In this document: positions 13,048-26,864 of the stretch, in pieces | Layout: each line of letters starts with the position of its first letter | Numbering within the stretch: position 1 is the first letter of the stretch | Source: Epiperipatus broadwayi | Lineage: Eukaryota > Animalia > Onychophora | NCBI GenBank assembly: GCA_028023455.1 | Contig: JAQFVV010000007.1 | Span: 15,934,001-15,998,000, forward strand | DNA length: 64,000 bases | Direction of reading: 5' to 3' | Position numbers and translations under genes: made by a program | The notes under the pieces: model-generated | The model's database searches: none | Told to the model about the DNA's origin: nothing | What the model saw: only the letters and a program-made list of their open reading frames with translations

Positions 13048-13582
13048 CTTTATTGCCCAGGAATTCATAAAAGGTTTGAGTGCCAGATCTGTGAATGCCA
13101 GAATCAATCCTGGAACTTTCCAATCTCTAGTTGGATGCTCTATCAAATGTACCAAACCATGCAGGGTAAAAAAGGCTAATGATTTTATTGTTTGGAGTTA
13201 AAAAGTTCAAGTGCCAGAATTGAACCTATGACCTCATGATCCCAAGTCGAATGCTCTACTGCATCAAATCATGCAGGGTAGTACTTATGTAATTCCAAGC
13301 AATAGAAATGCTGTAATCCATGGAACCTGAACTCCTGACCCTGTCACTCTACTACTGTACTAAACCAGTTAGCATATGTACATAATTAATAATAATCAAA
13401 TTGTTTATTACTCAGGAATTGATAAGAACTTCAAGCATCAGAAGTAACAAAACAGGATTGTAATCTCCAGAATTTGCCATTCCATTAATGTTCTAAATGA
13501 CACAGATGATATAAGTAATAATAATGGAGGGGGGTGGACCCTAAGTTCCAGAATCCACTACTGTACCAAATCATACGGGGGT
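13048..13582 (-). mobile_element. Cluster of four tRNA-derived SINE family C copies
   Basis: Heads at about 13048-13168, 13200-13283, 13310-13370 and 13536-13582; consensus ctgcatggtttggtgcag..gtagagcatc.gact..ggttc.attctggcactcaaac..atgaa.tcctg.gcaataa. Confidence 0.72.
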
Positions 13583-14967
13583 TATAATTATCTTTCAATA
13601 TAACCACTTGTTTTTTTTTCTGTATTTATACGATGTTATATAGTTTTCATAAAAGATTATATATAGAGTGAAAAATCCTCCACATCAAGTGTGGATAAAC
13701 AGTGATACATTTCAATTAGGAAAATGTTCTTATGAAGTGAAATATTACAAACTGAATTTTACACACACGCGTGCATGCGTGTATGTAAGATAAATTGCGC
13801 ACCATCAAATAATATAAAGATGGCTACTTTCTAAATCATGTATTTGGGTTTTCCTGTATTCGACCCAGCATCGCATATGTGAAAAGGTAAAAATCCTTTT
13901 ATTTAACGTAAAATGTTAAATATCACTGCGGAAATTTAGTTTGAATACTAGAAATATTTGAATAAATGATATATGGATTAATGAGATTCCAGCCGTATAT
14001 TTCTATACCTAAATCTGCAAACATTTTTCACACTTTTTAAGAATCCCATACTTATTTCCTTAGCAAATATATATATAGTCCTTATTTATATATATGATTT
14101 ACAATCAAATAAACTTTGAACATGTCTATAATTAATAAAACGGTTTTGAACAGCGCAGGTTAAAATGTGTGTGTGCGTGCGTGCATTTTTTTTTTACCTA
14201 CTCATAAATTAAAATCATTGTAATTCGTTTTTTCCACTTCTGTGATTAAATTACTCATGGTGTAAGTTCATATAAATTTTTGATTATTATAAAGTCATAT
14301 TTTTATGAAATGATTTTTTTTTTAATATCCTAAAAGCTGCATCATTAAAAAACCTCTATTTTTCTTTATCATCTTTCTCTTTTCTAACAGAATGAGTTGA
14401 TGGCTGATTACTTAAATAGCTTCTGAAACAAATTCTACTATCTTTTTTTTTTTTAGTTTTTTATCACCATATTCAATCTTGTACATTTGTGTAAAATAAT
14501 AATAATAAAATCAAATTATTAAATGAGATAGGGTGTAAATGGAGCGAAGTAGATGTGGATACATTTATCAACCCATTCAGGCATGCTTCATAGGAATATT
14601 TTCGAAATGATAGTACCACTGTAATATTTGCTATTCTCTTCAGATTTTGTTGAAAGCCTTAAACAGAATGATAAATTAATCAGTAAAACTCAGCATTAAT
14701 TCTCTCTACAGATTTAGAAGTTAAAAGAGTTTTCTGTCTGCGTTGAATCCACAAACACTCCTGATTCTTTAAAAAAAGCATATGTTTTCTTTCAAAATTA
14801 TAATATTTTAGTAATAAAAATTAATTTATTTTTTTGTAGCGTTGATATATATCCTTTGCAAGTCATGAGGACAATACCCCCCTCCCCCAATGAGAACTGA
14901 ATAATTATAGAAAAAAAATCATATAATAAATATTTTTAATAATATAAATTAAATTGAATGGTTTATA

Positions 14968-15060
14968 GTGCAGGAATTCTTAAGAAGTTTGAGCATTAAA
15001 ATTAACGCTGAGGCCAGATCATCAATTCCAGAACCTTCCACATTGCCACTACATAAAACC
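14968..15060 (-). mobile_element. SINE family C copy
   Basis: caggaattcttaagaagtttgagca..ccactacataaaacc, the reverse complement of the family head and tail. Confidence 0.6.
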
Positions 15061-15199
15061 ACATATAGCAATGCATTAATGTATCTCCCATATTTGTTCA
15101 TATACATCTATGTATGAATCAAAGCATTAAAATACTCTCTAGTAAGATCATTATGAAAAGAAGACATTACATGTTGTATAATAACCAACTTAATCATAC

Positions 15200-15550
15200 A
15201 TGGTAATGCATTTGATCCATTACAGAATGGTCTCTCTAAGTTTAATCCACTTTCTACAATCTCTAGCCCCTCTTCATAGCACACCAGAAAATTTCCTTAT
15301 TTTGTCCATCCATCTCACATGTGGTCTATTTTTACAAAATCTTGGAATCTAGTTTAACACTTCAACTAGCAATATGTCTAGCTCATCTCCATTTCAGTCA
15401 CTTAATTCATTCAATGGCATCTGTGATATTTGTGTGTTCTCTGACCTATCTATTTCATTCTCAATCTTTTCTTGTTACTCCTATACATCTATACATTTCA
15501 CTAAAAGATCCAAAGGGTCTGCATTGCCCTTCTATCAAGCATCCCAGTCT
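15200..15550 (-). mobile_element. Old RTE-clade LINE 3' relic
   Basis: Minus strand reads, with stops, CIGVTRKD..VREHTNITDAIE.IK.LKWR.ARHIA..RWMDKIRKFSGVLW, resembling the RTE RT C-terminus. Confidence 0.7.
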
Positions 15551-16442
15551 CAGATACATATATAAAAATTATACTTGGTCATATACATACACACATATAT
15601 TTAAATAAGGGAAAATAACTTATTTTCATATTAAAAAATTACTATCAGATGCATTTCCTTCATTCAGAAGAATATCTTTTCTAAATGCAATCTCTTGGTA
15701 TTATATAGAGACTAAAGTTTACAGTTTACTATTTTTATTGATTACTATTTATTAATATCTGATGATAATTTTTTAATATGAAAATATAACAGATATTTCC
15801 ACATATTAAAATATTTAAACAATTACATCTGTTAAAAATGAGAAAACTAGATTAAAAACGTACTTGATGAATTAGTTGTTTTGTGCAAGAAACATTTAAT
15901 TAATATATATATTTTTAAGAAATTATTTTAGATAATTTGAGGTCTAATGCAATAAAAAGCAAAAAAAAAAAAAAAATGTTTTTTTTTTTTTTTAAACCAC
16001 AATTTTGGTTATTATATGCAAATTTAAATAAAAACATAGAGTCTCCATAAAGTTTATAATCAAACTAATAATTCAACTGCTGTTGCTTGAATTAATACAT
16101 TTATGAATACCCTACAATTTTATTTAAAGATACAACATACCAAAATTGTGGGCGAAGAAAAAATTAAATAAAAGCATTTTTTTTTTTAATATTTTATATA
16201 TTTTTGTATTTTTTTAATGTTTGGATATTTTGTTTCAAAAACAAATATGTGAAAATTTGAAATAGATCTATTTGGTAGAAGTAGGTTAAGAATCAATACA
16301 AAATTTGGCCCCAAACAAAACAGCCAGAGTATAAAATTATTTAAAATCTGTAACAGGACTTTTGTTTTACAGAGATAAGTTTTATGCAAACAATCTGGTA
16401 GGAAATGATGATTTCATCTCTTTATTTGTTTTTCTTTCCAAT

Positions 16443-16528
16443 CCTGTGTGGTTTGGTGTAGTTCGTAGAGTGTCTGATTTGGGAATGGCAGGTTCCAGAA
16501 TGAACTCCTGAATAATAAAACTATTCAT
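16443..16528 (+). mobile_element. SINE family C copy (internally deleted)
   Basis: gtggtttggtgtagttcgtagagtgtctgatttgg..atgaactcctgaataataaa. Confidence 0.65.
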
Positions 16529-16869
16529 TATTTCTATTTTAACTAAATGTAAACTATGCCAAAATTTTCTTCCTCAAACTATCCCAAAGCATTTTTTTTT
16601 AAAAATATAGTCCACACAAATAAAACATACTGAACCCATTTGAATAGAGTTTGAAATGTTGCTACTCACATCATTAGGCTGGGAAACTTTATAAGATTGT
16701 ACTCTTGTATTGCATTGTCATCAAAATGGAACGTACAAAAACAAGAAAATCTGTTTTTACAGTAAGTTAAAAATTAGTTACAAGATTTGACGCAAGTAAA
16801 CAGAAGTTAAATAAAAGCATTCAAAAATGTGTAGAAAAGAAAGTCTTGATAAAATCAGTAATATTGATG

Positions 16870-17181
16870 ATACCATATAATACTATATCATCCATGCACT
16901 TTACTACTGTTACACAATGCTTAATTTAACCACCCTCTTTTACAGTTTACAGTTGTGATTGTCTCAGCAATCTTCTTCAGAACTTTTATAACTCCTAACT
17001 TCAACTGCTAAATTCAAATTTTCTTTTTTAAAATTTGAATTTAGCAGTTGAAGTTAGGAGATGTAAAAGTTCTGAAGAGGATTGCTGGAGCAATCGAAGC
17101 TGTAAGCTGTAAAAGAGGGTGGTAAATAAAGCATTGTTTAGCAGTAGTAAAGTGCAATAATGATTTAGTATTATATGATAT
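16870..17181. repeat. Long palindrome / foldback element, about 150-bp arms, 7-nt loop
   Basis: Central 31 bp perfect (16992-17022 vs 17030-17060); outer arms imperfect. Confidence 0.92.
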
Positions 17182-18000
17182 ATATTTGGCAATACAATAA
17201 AAAAGAGTAGTGATATTGCTGATAGCAGTGTTGATAAATAGTACTAAAAATTTGATATATTACTTCTTATTTGTGTTACTCTTTTATATAATTTTTGGTA
17301 CTCTTGTCAAACAAATAAAAATTTTCAAATGATAACCAGGATTTGTTAATGATTTTCTGCACATCACTTTAACTTCATTAAAGAAAACATTTCTTATTTA
17401 ACCGAATATTAGACAGGCAACTGATTTTAAACTTCTTGAACTATTCATAAACATTCTGCAGTTGGTCATGTATTGGACAATTAAACAACCCATAATTATA
17501 ATCTGCATGAATTGTTTTGATCATTATAGATGAATATTTTATGAAAACCAATCTTTTGCGAAATATTAATATTATACCCTCGTACAAGATAATCATGCAA
17601 ACAGACTATAGGAAAATGTTATTTCATTAGATTTGTGATGAATTATGGACTAATAACTGTGACCAGATCTTAAGAATTAGTTCATAAGAATGTAATGTGC
17701 AAGATATATTGATCTCCTGTGATTCATTGATGCTAGAGGTAAAAATTATTCAATTATTTAAAATTTTCCATGATTTGAAATACATATAAAAAATCTAGAA
17801 TATATTTGTAAGATTCAATTATTAAGCATAGAAAGTAGTTGATACTTTATCAATTTTAGTATCCACCTCCATATAATTTTTTTAAGCAGTGGTATGCTTG
17901 CTTATGGTTGTTCTGTCAATGTCTAAATTGCATCTGAAGTATTTAATATTTGGATACAAGTACAATTTTTTCTTATATATACTTGAAGTTTAAATGTAGT

Positions 18001-18701
18001 TATAGGGGATTTGAACACAGACTTTCAATTCCCTTCAGCTATCAACTCTATCTCATACAACCAATACACATGATTGCACACATGTGAAAAAAGATAAATG
18101 CTCTCCAATATATTTTGTGCTGAACCAGCATTCATCAGTTGGTCCAGATCATCTCTCACACATGAGTGTGTTGGTTCAGTATGAAATATGTATATTGAAG
18201 ATTATTTATCATTTTCACATGACTGTGGTCATATGTATCTGTTGTTTGAAATAAGAATTAATAGCTGAACAAAGCTGGTATTCAAATATTACAGATTCAG
18301 CCTGTATCCTGTCTATCCCTTTTCTGTGTATTTAAATGAACATGATCCTATACATGAGGGGCCAGAGTGATTTAAAGTCAACATTGGCATGACTATAACA
18401 TTGGTATCAACAAGGGATTTGGGTGTTTTGTCATCAGATTTTCAATGGTATGGATGACTGAAGATTTTCTAATCTTAATATAAACTGACTAGTGTTTATA
18501 TATGTGTGTGGGAGATGATTATTCGGACCAACTGGTGAGTGCTGGTTTCACACAAAATACATATATTGGAGATCATTTATCTTTTTTATGTGTTGTCATG
18601 TATATCAATTATTTTTCACATGTGTGGTCATGTATATCAATTGTATGAGATAGAGTGAATAGCTGAAAGGAGCTTGAAAGTCTGTGTTCAAATCCCCTAT
18701 A
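18001..18701. mobile_element. MITE family B, about 700 bp, long TIRs, probable TA target
   Basis: tataggggatttgaacacagactttcaa ... ttgaaagtctgtgttcaaatcccctata; inverted homology runs about 170 bp inward (tgaaccagca.tcatcagttggtcc). Confidence 0.88.
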
Positions 18702-20554
18702 ATTATTATCTTATGTGTTTATAAATAAACCACTGAAGCATCATGTCTACTATTTGTTATGCATACACAATCTGATAAAACAATAGCAATTTTAGTGACA
18801 TCTAGTGCAAGCCATACTTATCACTGAATGCTAAAAGGTTTGTATTGAGAAAGTATTTTCATCAAAAGATACTTTTTTTTTTTTTATTGTTTGATAATCA
18901 GTAGCATAATCTTCAAGACTTTAAAATCGGTTTATTATTCTTGAAGTAAGAATTTTAAATGATATATTATACTTTGAAACTGGACAAAGAATTTTAAATG
19001 ATGTATTCATGTATCAAAATTGGACAAAATGATGGTAGCAACTGGCATATTATCACTATTTGTTTGATATCACAGACCGTAGAAATGGAAATGCATATCA
19101 ATATTGCCTGTTTTTATTTTACAAATGCAGCTACAAGATATCCATTGGGAGATTTATAACACAAGTGTCATAAGCCTATGTGAATGAACACCAGACAATC
19201 TGAGCTTAAAAGGGGTTAAGCTATTTTGGAACACTTCTTCAAGATCATTATTCTCAAAGTTGATGAAGGAACTCTTTAAATTTGGAAGAATGAAATCTAC
19301 TAACACTGAATGTACCTGAAAATAAGAGTTTACTAAGAGAACCAGATCAAAACACATGTGGTAAAAGAACATATTATGCCGAATTCAACACATTAGGAAA
19401 AATCTAATGCCCATAAAGTCAATTTATTGAGGCCTTTTGAAGCAAAACATTTAATCTGTACTCACCCAATCAGAAACTAAGTTAAAATTTTGTGCTGAAT
19501 GTTTTAATGAATAGTCTAACAACAAATATTCACACACGAATGAGGTTAGTGCAGTGTGTAGATTAGGGCAGTGGTGCTGTGTCAACTTCTGGTACATCAG
19601 GTCTTCTGATTAACTCTAGTTCTGTCACATAAAAAAAAACTACCTAAAAATACTCTAACAATTCAGTAGCTTTATGCCTGAGGGAAAAAATTACAATAAA
19701 TTAGTTTAATTATTAACTTCATGGAACAAATAAGTGTGTTATTAAATATATTATTGGAAGAGATGCCAAGATAGAGTTACTACACCATAAAGTGAATTCT
19801 GAGATATTTAAAAGTCCCAGAATGAGACTATGGGTGAGATAAAAGAACCAGATAAGTAAGTTATCCAGAGTGATTTGAAGAAATGGTGAGAATCATAAGT
19901 TGTCAAGTAAAGTAAAGGAATCCATTATTCTGAATTGGATTGATAATGATTAAAAGTGATTATTTATAGTCTGCACTAACAAACAAAAAATCATGTGACA
20001 CTAGAACATCCAAATGGCAGATTGAAATACAACACTTCCATCCCAATTTATTTAGTTCAGATTTAACCTAGAATCTTTAGTTTCTGATCAGATACCTATC
20101 ACTATAGTAAATCACACACAACACGTGCTAACAGCCTTTTAACAAAATTGGCTAATCAAACCACAAACAGATACATAAATGAAAAAATAATTAGTCATCC
20201 ATATCCATGCATAGAGAAAACCAATAACCATTTTATTGCTTTACAGTATTCCATCCTGAAAAATGAATCTTATCAGGTTATTAATGATTATGCCTTTGAA
20301 GTAATTAAGGAGTCGGAAAACTTCTTATATATATTTTTAGCACAATAAACACAAAATATACACATTAATAAATATTTTATTCATTTTTCTACATATATTT
20401 AAAGAATTAAACTTGGATGAAGTTTTTTTTTTTTTTATTATAAATGATCTTAGTATTAAAAGCAAATATGCTTATACATTTGGAAGGGAATATTTTTAAT
20501 ATGCACGTTTTACCAGTTCTTTTTTTTTTTTTTATTATGGAAGATAGAGATTAC

Positions 20555-20882
20555 AGATCATCCAATGAAATATACAGAGATGCATGTTAGCTGCAACAAG
20601 AATGAATGATTGAAATGATTAAGAAACTGAATGAAGTTCGACCGGACATATTGCTAGAAGAAATAAATCATAATAGGCAGGCAAACAGTTGAAGTTTTAA
20701 ATTTGAGCCCAAAAGAGTATTACAAAAAAAAAAACAGTGACTACACATGAGACAAATGGGTGAAATAAGAAATTTTGCTGACGTAATGTGGAGTTGAGTT
20801 CATAAAGATAGGAGAAACTGGATTACATTTGGAGAGACGTTCATCCTGCAGTGAATCAATAATGATGAATAACGATAATGAT
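20555..20882 (+). mobile_element. Old RTE-clade LINE 3' relic with GAT/TAA-type tail
   Basis: GHIARRN and DRRNWITFGETFILQ-stop followed by aataatgatgaataacgataatgat; homologous to 15200-15550. Confidence 0.75.
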
Positions 20883-20964
20883 ACATATATAGTATTTGTA
20901 ATTCCTCCCACAACATGCTACAATAAATAAATAGAATAAATAATCGAATCGTTTTATTATTCGA

Positions 20965-21047
20965 GAATTCCATAAGAAGTTTGAGAACTGGTATCGAACC
21001 TAGGAGTTTAAACTCCAGAATGACACTCCATCACTACACTAAAACAC
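20965..21047 (-). mobile_element. SINE family C copy
   Basis: Reverse complement gtgttttagtgtagtgatggagtgtcattctggagtttaaactcctaggttcgataccagttctcaaacttcttatggaattc; clear B box GGTTCGATACC. Confidence 0.72.
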
Positions 21048-23378
21048 TCAAGAGCGCTGTAATTAAACTTTGAATATGCTTGAGCGTTTTGAAGGTGCCT
21101 CCGTGCTGATTTTAATCTTAACTATAAAAACTGACTTACACATCCCTTCTTTTTTATAAGTTTAAAAGAATAATTTAAAAATAAATGATTTAAAAATGTC
21201 TATTTATTTGTAATATTGCATTAACATTTCAAACAAAGACCTATTATTTGATCAAATATTCGTAGGTGATTTTTACTGCAATTTAAAAAGAATAGCTTGA
21301 AGTGAATGTAATACCAATTGGTGTGTAATAACTAAGAGAAATTTGGACTCCCCAAGAACTTTAACTAGTTCTGGTCATTTATTTTCACGCATTTGACCGG
21401 GCTGGATAATAAAGTGTGCATCTATTCTCTTCTTGACCCACAAAAGGACTTTTGGTACATGTAGCCCTCAGTAATCATCCTCTGAGGTGAACATCCCGGC
21501 TTGACCAACCTGTCATTAATATTAGTTACTGATTTACAACAGTGAAACGAGGTGGGGTGGTACTAGGTCAACTTGTCCCGCCTCTCAGACAGTTTTCTTA
21601 TGTTTTTTGTCTTAAAAAAAGACAGTCTACGCAATATGATATTTTTATATTCAGTTGAACTAAAGACAGTTCCCTCAGAAGTGTTTGAGTTTTTACCCTC
21701 CCCCTTTCACCTCCCGCTCAATTGTTAAAGAAATCATTATTCTTAGCTACTTTTCTGAACTGTCTTGATTTTTAATAGATTTTTGTTAGTCAATTAAACG
21801 ATTGTTAAGAAGCGCCAACTAGAAAAGGTTAAGGAATTCTTCTCTTGTGTTTAAATATATATAGACGGGTACATGCTTTTTTGCAGAAATAAATGTTATC
21901 TAGGATTTGGAGTTTTTGGGACAGTATCTGTAAACAGACTAAGTAATAAACTTGTACCATATACACTCATAAACATGCTTATATTATGCTCGTGTAATAC
22001 AGTTGTGTAAGAGTTTTTGGATATATCAATGTATGGTATATGTGTGATAATTTTGATTATTGTAGTATTTAAATTAAAATATTTATCTTTAGATTATGTT
22101 AGTCTAAATCTTCTTTAGTTCTCAATTAAATAAAATCGGAATATCTTCCTTAGTATTCTCTATTAATTAAAACCGGTAATGTATATGATTAATAAAATTG
22201 ATTTCTTTGGTCAAAATTTTGCTATATTACAAACAATGAATTATAACGATGATAATAAATTTTATAAATAACTATAACGAAAGAAAAATTAAGGGAGGCG
22301 ATTTTTATGAATAAATATATCTTTAATTAATAGATAATGCGTTAATATTAAAATTCATAAATATTTTGATAATTTACTCCAGCAGCTAAATTTGAATTTA
22401 AATGGTTTGCAGTTGAAGGAGGTTAGGAAATTAACTGAAAAGGTACTTCCTTGGTTTTATATGTATTTATGAATGTATTATCGTCTTTATAATTCATAAA
22501 TTTTATTACAATAATTATTCCATACTGGATATTGGTACTTGTGTACAATCCGGTCAAGCTCAGCGGCCCGGGGGGTAATTATACAGTTTCAGGGGTCATA
22601 CAAGTATTTATTTATGCGTTGTTGTTTTTTGTTTTTTTTCCACTTTTATTTTAACGAATATGTGTTAGTTGTTAAGTTTAAAAATAATAATAAATCGATT
22701 AGAAATTCGAAGACCAATATTCATTTGTAGCGATTTTGCGGACCATTAGGAATAAGAGCTTTCGTTTATCTATTTTTTTTTTTATTATTATTTTAAACTT
22801 AATTGAAACCTGAAAGAATTTTAAGTTTTTCTCAGTCTGAATTTAAGTCTAGATTAAGAGAATTGAAGACAGATGCACCATCACTATAGATCAAATCCCT
22901 TATACATACATATATGCATACTCACACAAGATATAAGTAAACTACTTGCATTTCATGTGTGAATCACCCGTTGAAAATATATTATAAATTAGCTATTGTA
23001 AAAAAAAAAGGCAATATTTTTATGATAGTAGAACCCTTATCAGTAAATCATTGATTCATTACTGTACTAGGCACAAACAGATCACACATTATATATGTGA
23101 TCCTAAATTTATAGTGAAATATAACTTTAAGGTTGAGGTATGTTCTCTGAGAAAAGAAATGAAAATACACTCTCTGCTAATCTTCTATTTTATATTTGTA
23201 ATATAAACATTTGATAGAATTAATTAATATTTAAATATAAGTATTATTGTTAAAAGGAGGTTGCCTTGACAACAGTTTGAGATTGTTGATTGTTATCTAT
23301 ATTGTGATTGTCTAAGTATTGACTGGTTTCTGATAGCTAAGTATAATATATATATACTTTAAGCTAGGTGTTATTAAA

Positions 23379-23935
23379 AGGGATTTGAACTTAGACTTTT
23401 CACTCCATCTTATACAGCTGATAAACACTATCTCATATACATGTGAATGAGATAAATAATCTTCAATATATGTATTTCATGCTGAACCAGCACTCATCAG
23501 TTGGTCTGGACCATCATCTCCCACACATACATATATTTAATTAATGCCTGGTTTATATTAAGATAGCAAATCTTCAAACTTTAATAGATTTTTGTTAGTC
23601 AATTAAATGATTGTTAAAAAGTGCCAACTAGAAAATATTATGGAATTCTTCTCTTGTGTTTACATATATATAGTACAGGTTCGTGCTTTTTTGCAGAAAT
23701 AAATGTTTCTAGAATTTGGAGTTTCTTGGACAGTATTTGTAGACAGACTAAGTAATAAACTTCTCCACTCTTCAAGAGTGCTATAATTAAATTTTGAATA
23801 TGCTTCAGTCTTCAGTCATCCATATCATTGAAAATCTAATGATTGCATGTTCAAAGCCCATGATTGCGAATTTTTGTTATCATACCCATGTTGACCATAA
23901 ATCTTTTTAACTCCTCAATATTTTTTTTTATAAAT
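23379..23935. mobile_element. Family B copy interrupted by a 230-bp locally derived insertion (23576-23805)
   Basis: agggatttgaac..tgaaccagcactcatcagttggtc..aaatcttc [insert] cagtcatccatatcattgaaaatc; both sides continue the family B consensus. Confidence 0.8.
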
Positions 23936-24546
23936 GAGACAATAATCATATTTAATAATTTCAAAAATAAATAAAAAGGTTATACCCAAATCTCAGTTTT
24001 TACTAAACTACATTATACTAAAAACATATAGTAATGAACACAGAACTTTGAGAAGTTTTAAATATTATGACTTTTTATGAGAATTTGCTATTTTGGAATT
24101 AATTATTAGAAATAATTGTTAGAGAAATGAATTAAGAGTATAACTTTTATTTTAAATATATATTAACAAAAAATTTAGCACAAACGAATCAATCCCTGAT
24201 ATGATATTAAATGAAATTAGTTTAAGCAAATGCATAAATTAAAAAATTTAACAAAGAAGTAGGGGCTTAACAAAGTTAATTTAATACATTTTATTGTGAT
24301 GTTGATGACAACGACGATGGAAATTTGACTAAAATCGTAATTAATATCATTTAAGACTTATTGTAAATTAATACAAAAATACTACAGAAAGCCCCAATAT
24401 TTAATCATACAAGTTTAAAGAAAATGAAAGTAATAAAACAAAGATGTTTGTCTTTTTTAGCAATGTTTATCCCAAAAAGAGAACCATGTATTTTTTCTGA
24501 AATACAATCTCACTTTTAAGACTATCCAAATTGCACATCAAGTTTT

Positions 24547-24640
24547 TGTCAAGCATTGGTGGCCGAGTGGTTAGCACAGCTGCTTTACAGGCAGTTATCC
24601 CAGGGTTTGTTTCCCAGCCAACGCTTTGACACATAAAAAA
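24547..24640 (+). mobile_element. Family D SINE
   Basis: A box tggccgagtgg; anticodon arm gctgc-tttacag-gcagt; degenerate B box; gacacataaaaaa tail. Confidence 0.82.
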
Positions 24641-24960
24641 CAATCACTACATTAACATAGTTCTGCAACTATTATTTTTAGGAATGTTTAAAACTTCCAC
24701 ATCACCACATTCTTGAAACATATGAGCACAAATATCTAAAAAAAGTTTTTTTTTTTAAAAGATAAATTCCATGCTGAACCAGTCCTCTTCAGTTGTCTCA
24801 GGTCACAATCACATGGCTGCATCATTTACTCAGTATTCATTAACATCAAATTAATTACATCTTGATTTGCAGGTGTCAAACATTCTGCTTTCACACCACT
24901 GACATCATCTATTTTAGACAAATATGTTAATGATTACTACTAATTTATTAATCTAGACAT

Positions 24961-25150
24961 CCTAAAATCTAGGTGCAGTGCTCTCAGATCCAAAGCTCCT
25001 CACTGACGAAGGCCACAAGCCAGAAACTAGTCTGTGGATATTGGATGAGTAGGCACTAATTAGGGATTTTATGCACACGCCTTCTGGCATCCATTGATTA
25101 CTCTGGTTGGCACTGAATGGCACTACTTTATGGAGAGTTTTGCCTGTTTT
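24961..25150 (-). mobile_element. Family A single arm
   Basis: Reverse complement of the 11536-11730 arm; flanked by tctagacat on both sides (24952-24960, 25153-25161). Confidence 0.85.
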
Positions 25151-26864
25151 AGTCTAGACATTATTACATCATTCTTAGTCCATATGTAAATTTTCAACTT
25201 TAATTAAAGAATAATATGTCTGTTTTTTAATAAAACATAATGAATAAATTACTTTGCCCGTTTTTCATGCGTAATATTTTTTTTTTTACTTAAAAATGTT
25301 CACAACATATTTTTGAAACATATGAACATAGTTACTTGGAAAAGATAAGTGATCTCCAAGATGCATTTCATGTCAAATCAGTACTCTTCAGTTGATTTCA
25401 ATTACAGTTTCTTGCATGTTTTCACTATCTTATCAGTACTTATCATTACCAAACAATTTCAGTTTGAATTTCAATTGGGAAACTTCCTGCAATTACAGCT
25501 TTAACATTGTCTATTCCAAATAATAAATATACAAATGATTAATATTATATCAGCTAGGAGTAATACATGTCTAACCAAACAAATAATTAATAATAATCAA
25601 TAATGTCTCTACCAGAAGTGGATATTGTGAGTACAGAAAGTTTGATACTTGTGAGTCAATTTATAATAATTCTATAAATATTACATTTATTTAACAAGGT
25701 GACTATTTCTTCAATCTACATGGGGTCATGTAACTCCCAAAAGCACAAAGTTAGAAAGTATTGAAAAATAGCTTCACTGATATGTGTTTAGAATGCAACA
25801 TATAGATTATGAACTATTAGTGAAGTAGATAAATTAAGTATTACACAAATATTTATATAAATAGTTTATTATATATGCAATTAATTAACCACAAATGTCT
25901 AAAATGCAGTTTTGTAATGCAAATACTACAAGCGATCCTTAAAAATAATTATTTTATATAATTATCATTACAGATTTGATTTTTTTAAAAATATAGGCAT
26001 TATTTACAACAAATATCAAAATATTTGTGTAAAAAATTTTAAGAATATAGTCATAAAATCACAAAAATGAGAAATAAAATTACTATTGTTTAGAGTAGCT
26101 TCTAATTGGAATTAATCAATTACTTTCTTATAATCAATTAGTATAATGAAATAAATTTGCTTACTATTATCATAAGCATTAATTGCAAATGGTAAAATGT
26201 TTTGCTAATTTTTTACAAATACAAAAAAAAAGTAATATTACATTTAAATAAGTGATATAATATTTTTCTAAAAAAATAAAAATAATTAGCAAAAGATGAA
26301 AATTTACTTCCATTTAGACTACAAGCAGTATTTCTGTTTAGACTACGAACTGTATGAAATATCAGTAAATCCGTAAAAAAAGGAGGCATAACATTTATAT
26401 TATGCAAGCCAAATTCAAACTAATTTGATTTTTTCAAAATAGAATCATACCTAGAAAGATACTAACATGAAACTTCTTCAATTAAAAACATTATATGAAA
26501 TTAATGTATTTTAAAATTATATATCATATCACATACTAGTTTTATTCATTTTGATTAAATATCAGGTTGATTTTAAGTTTCAATTGACCAGTGATAATTG
26601 ATCCAAGGTTCTTTAAATCTTGGCTTTGCTGCTTTTGCACTGCACTAATAAAATTTCACAGAATTAATTCCTTATTGATAGTGAGATGGTTGGATGACAT
26701 TTTACTCTGTTTCTAGACTGCACAGTTTTTAATAACATATACCAGCAATTCATGATTTTATAATTGTTTGTGAAAATAAAAACAAAATACATTTTATACA
26801 GAATCATGTAGCATAATCACATAACACAGAAATTCTTTATCGGCTAATACCCCTCACAGTTTGA

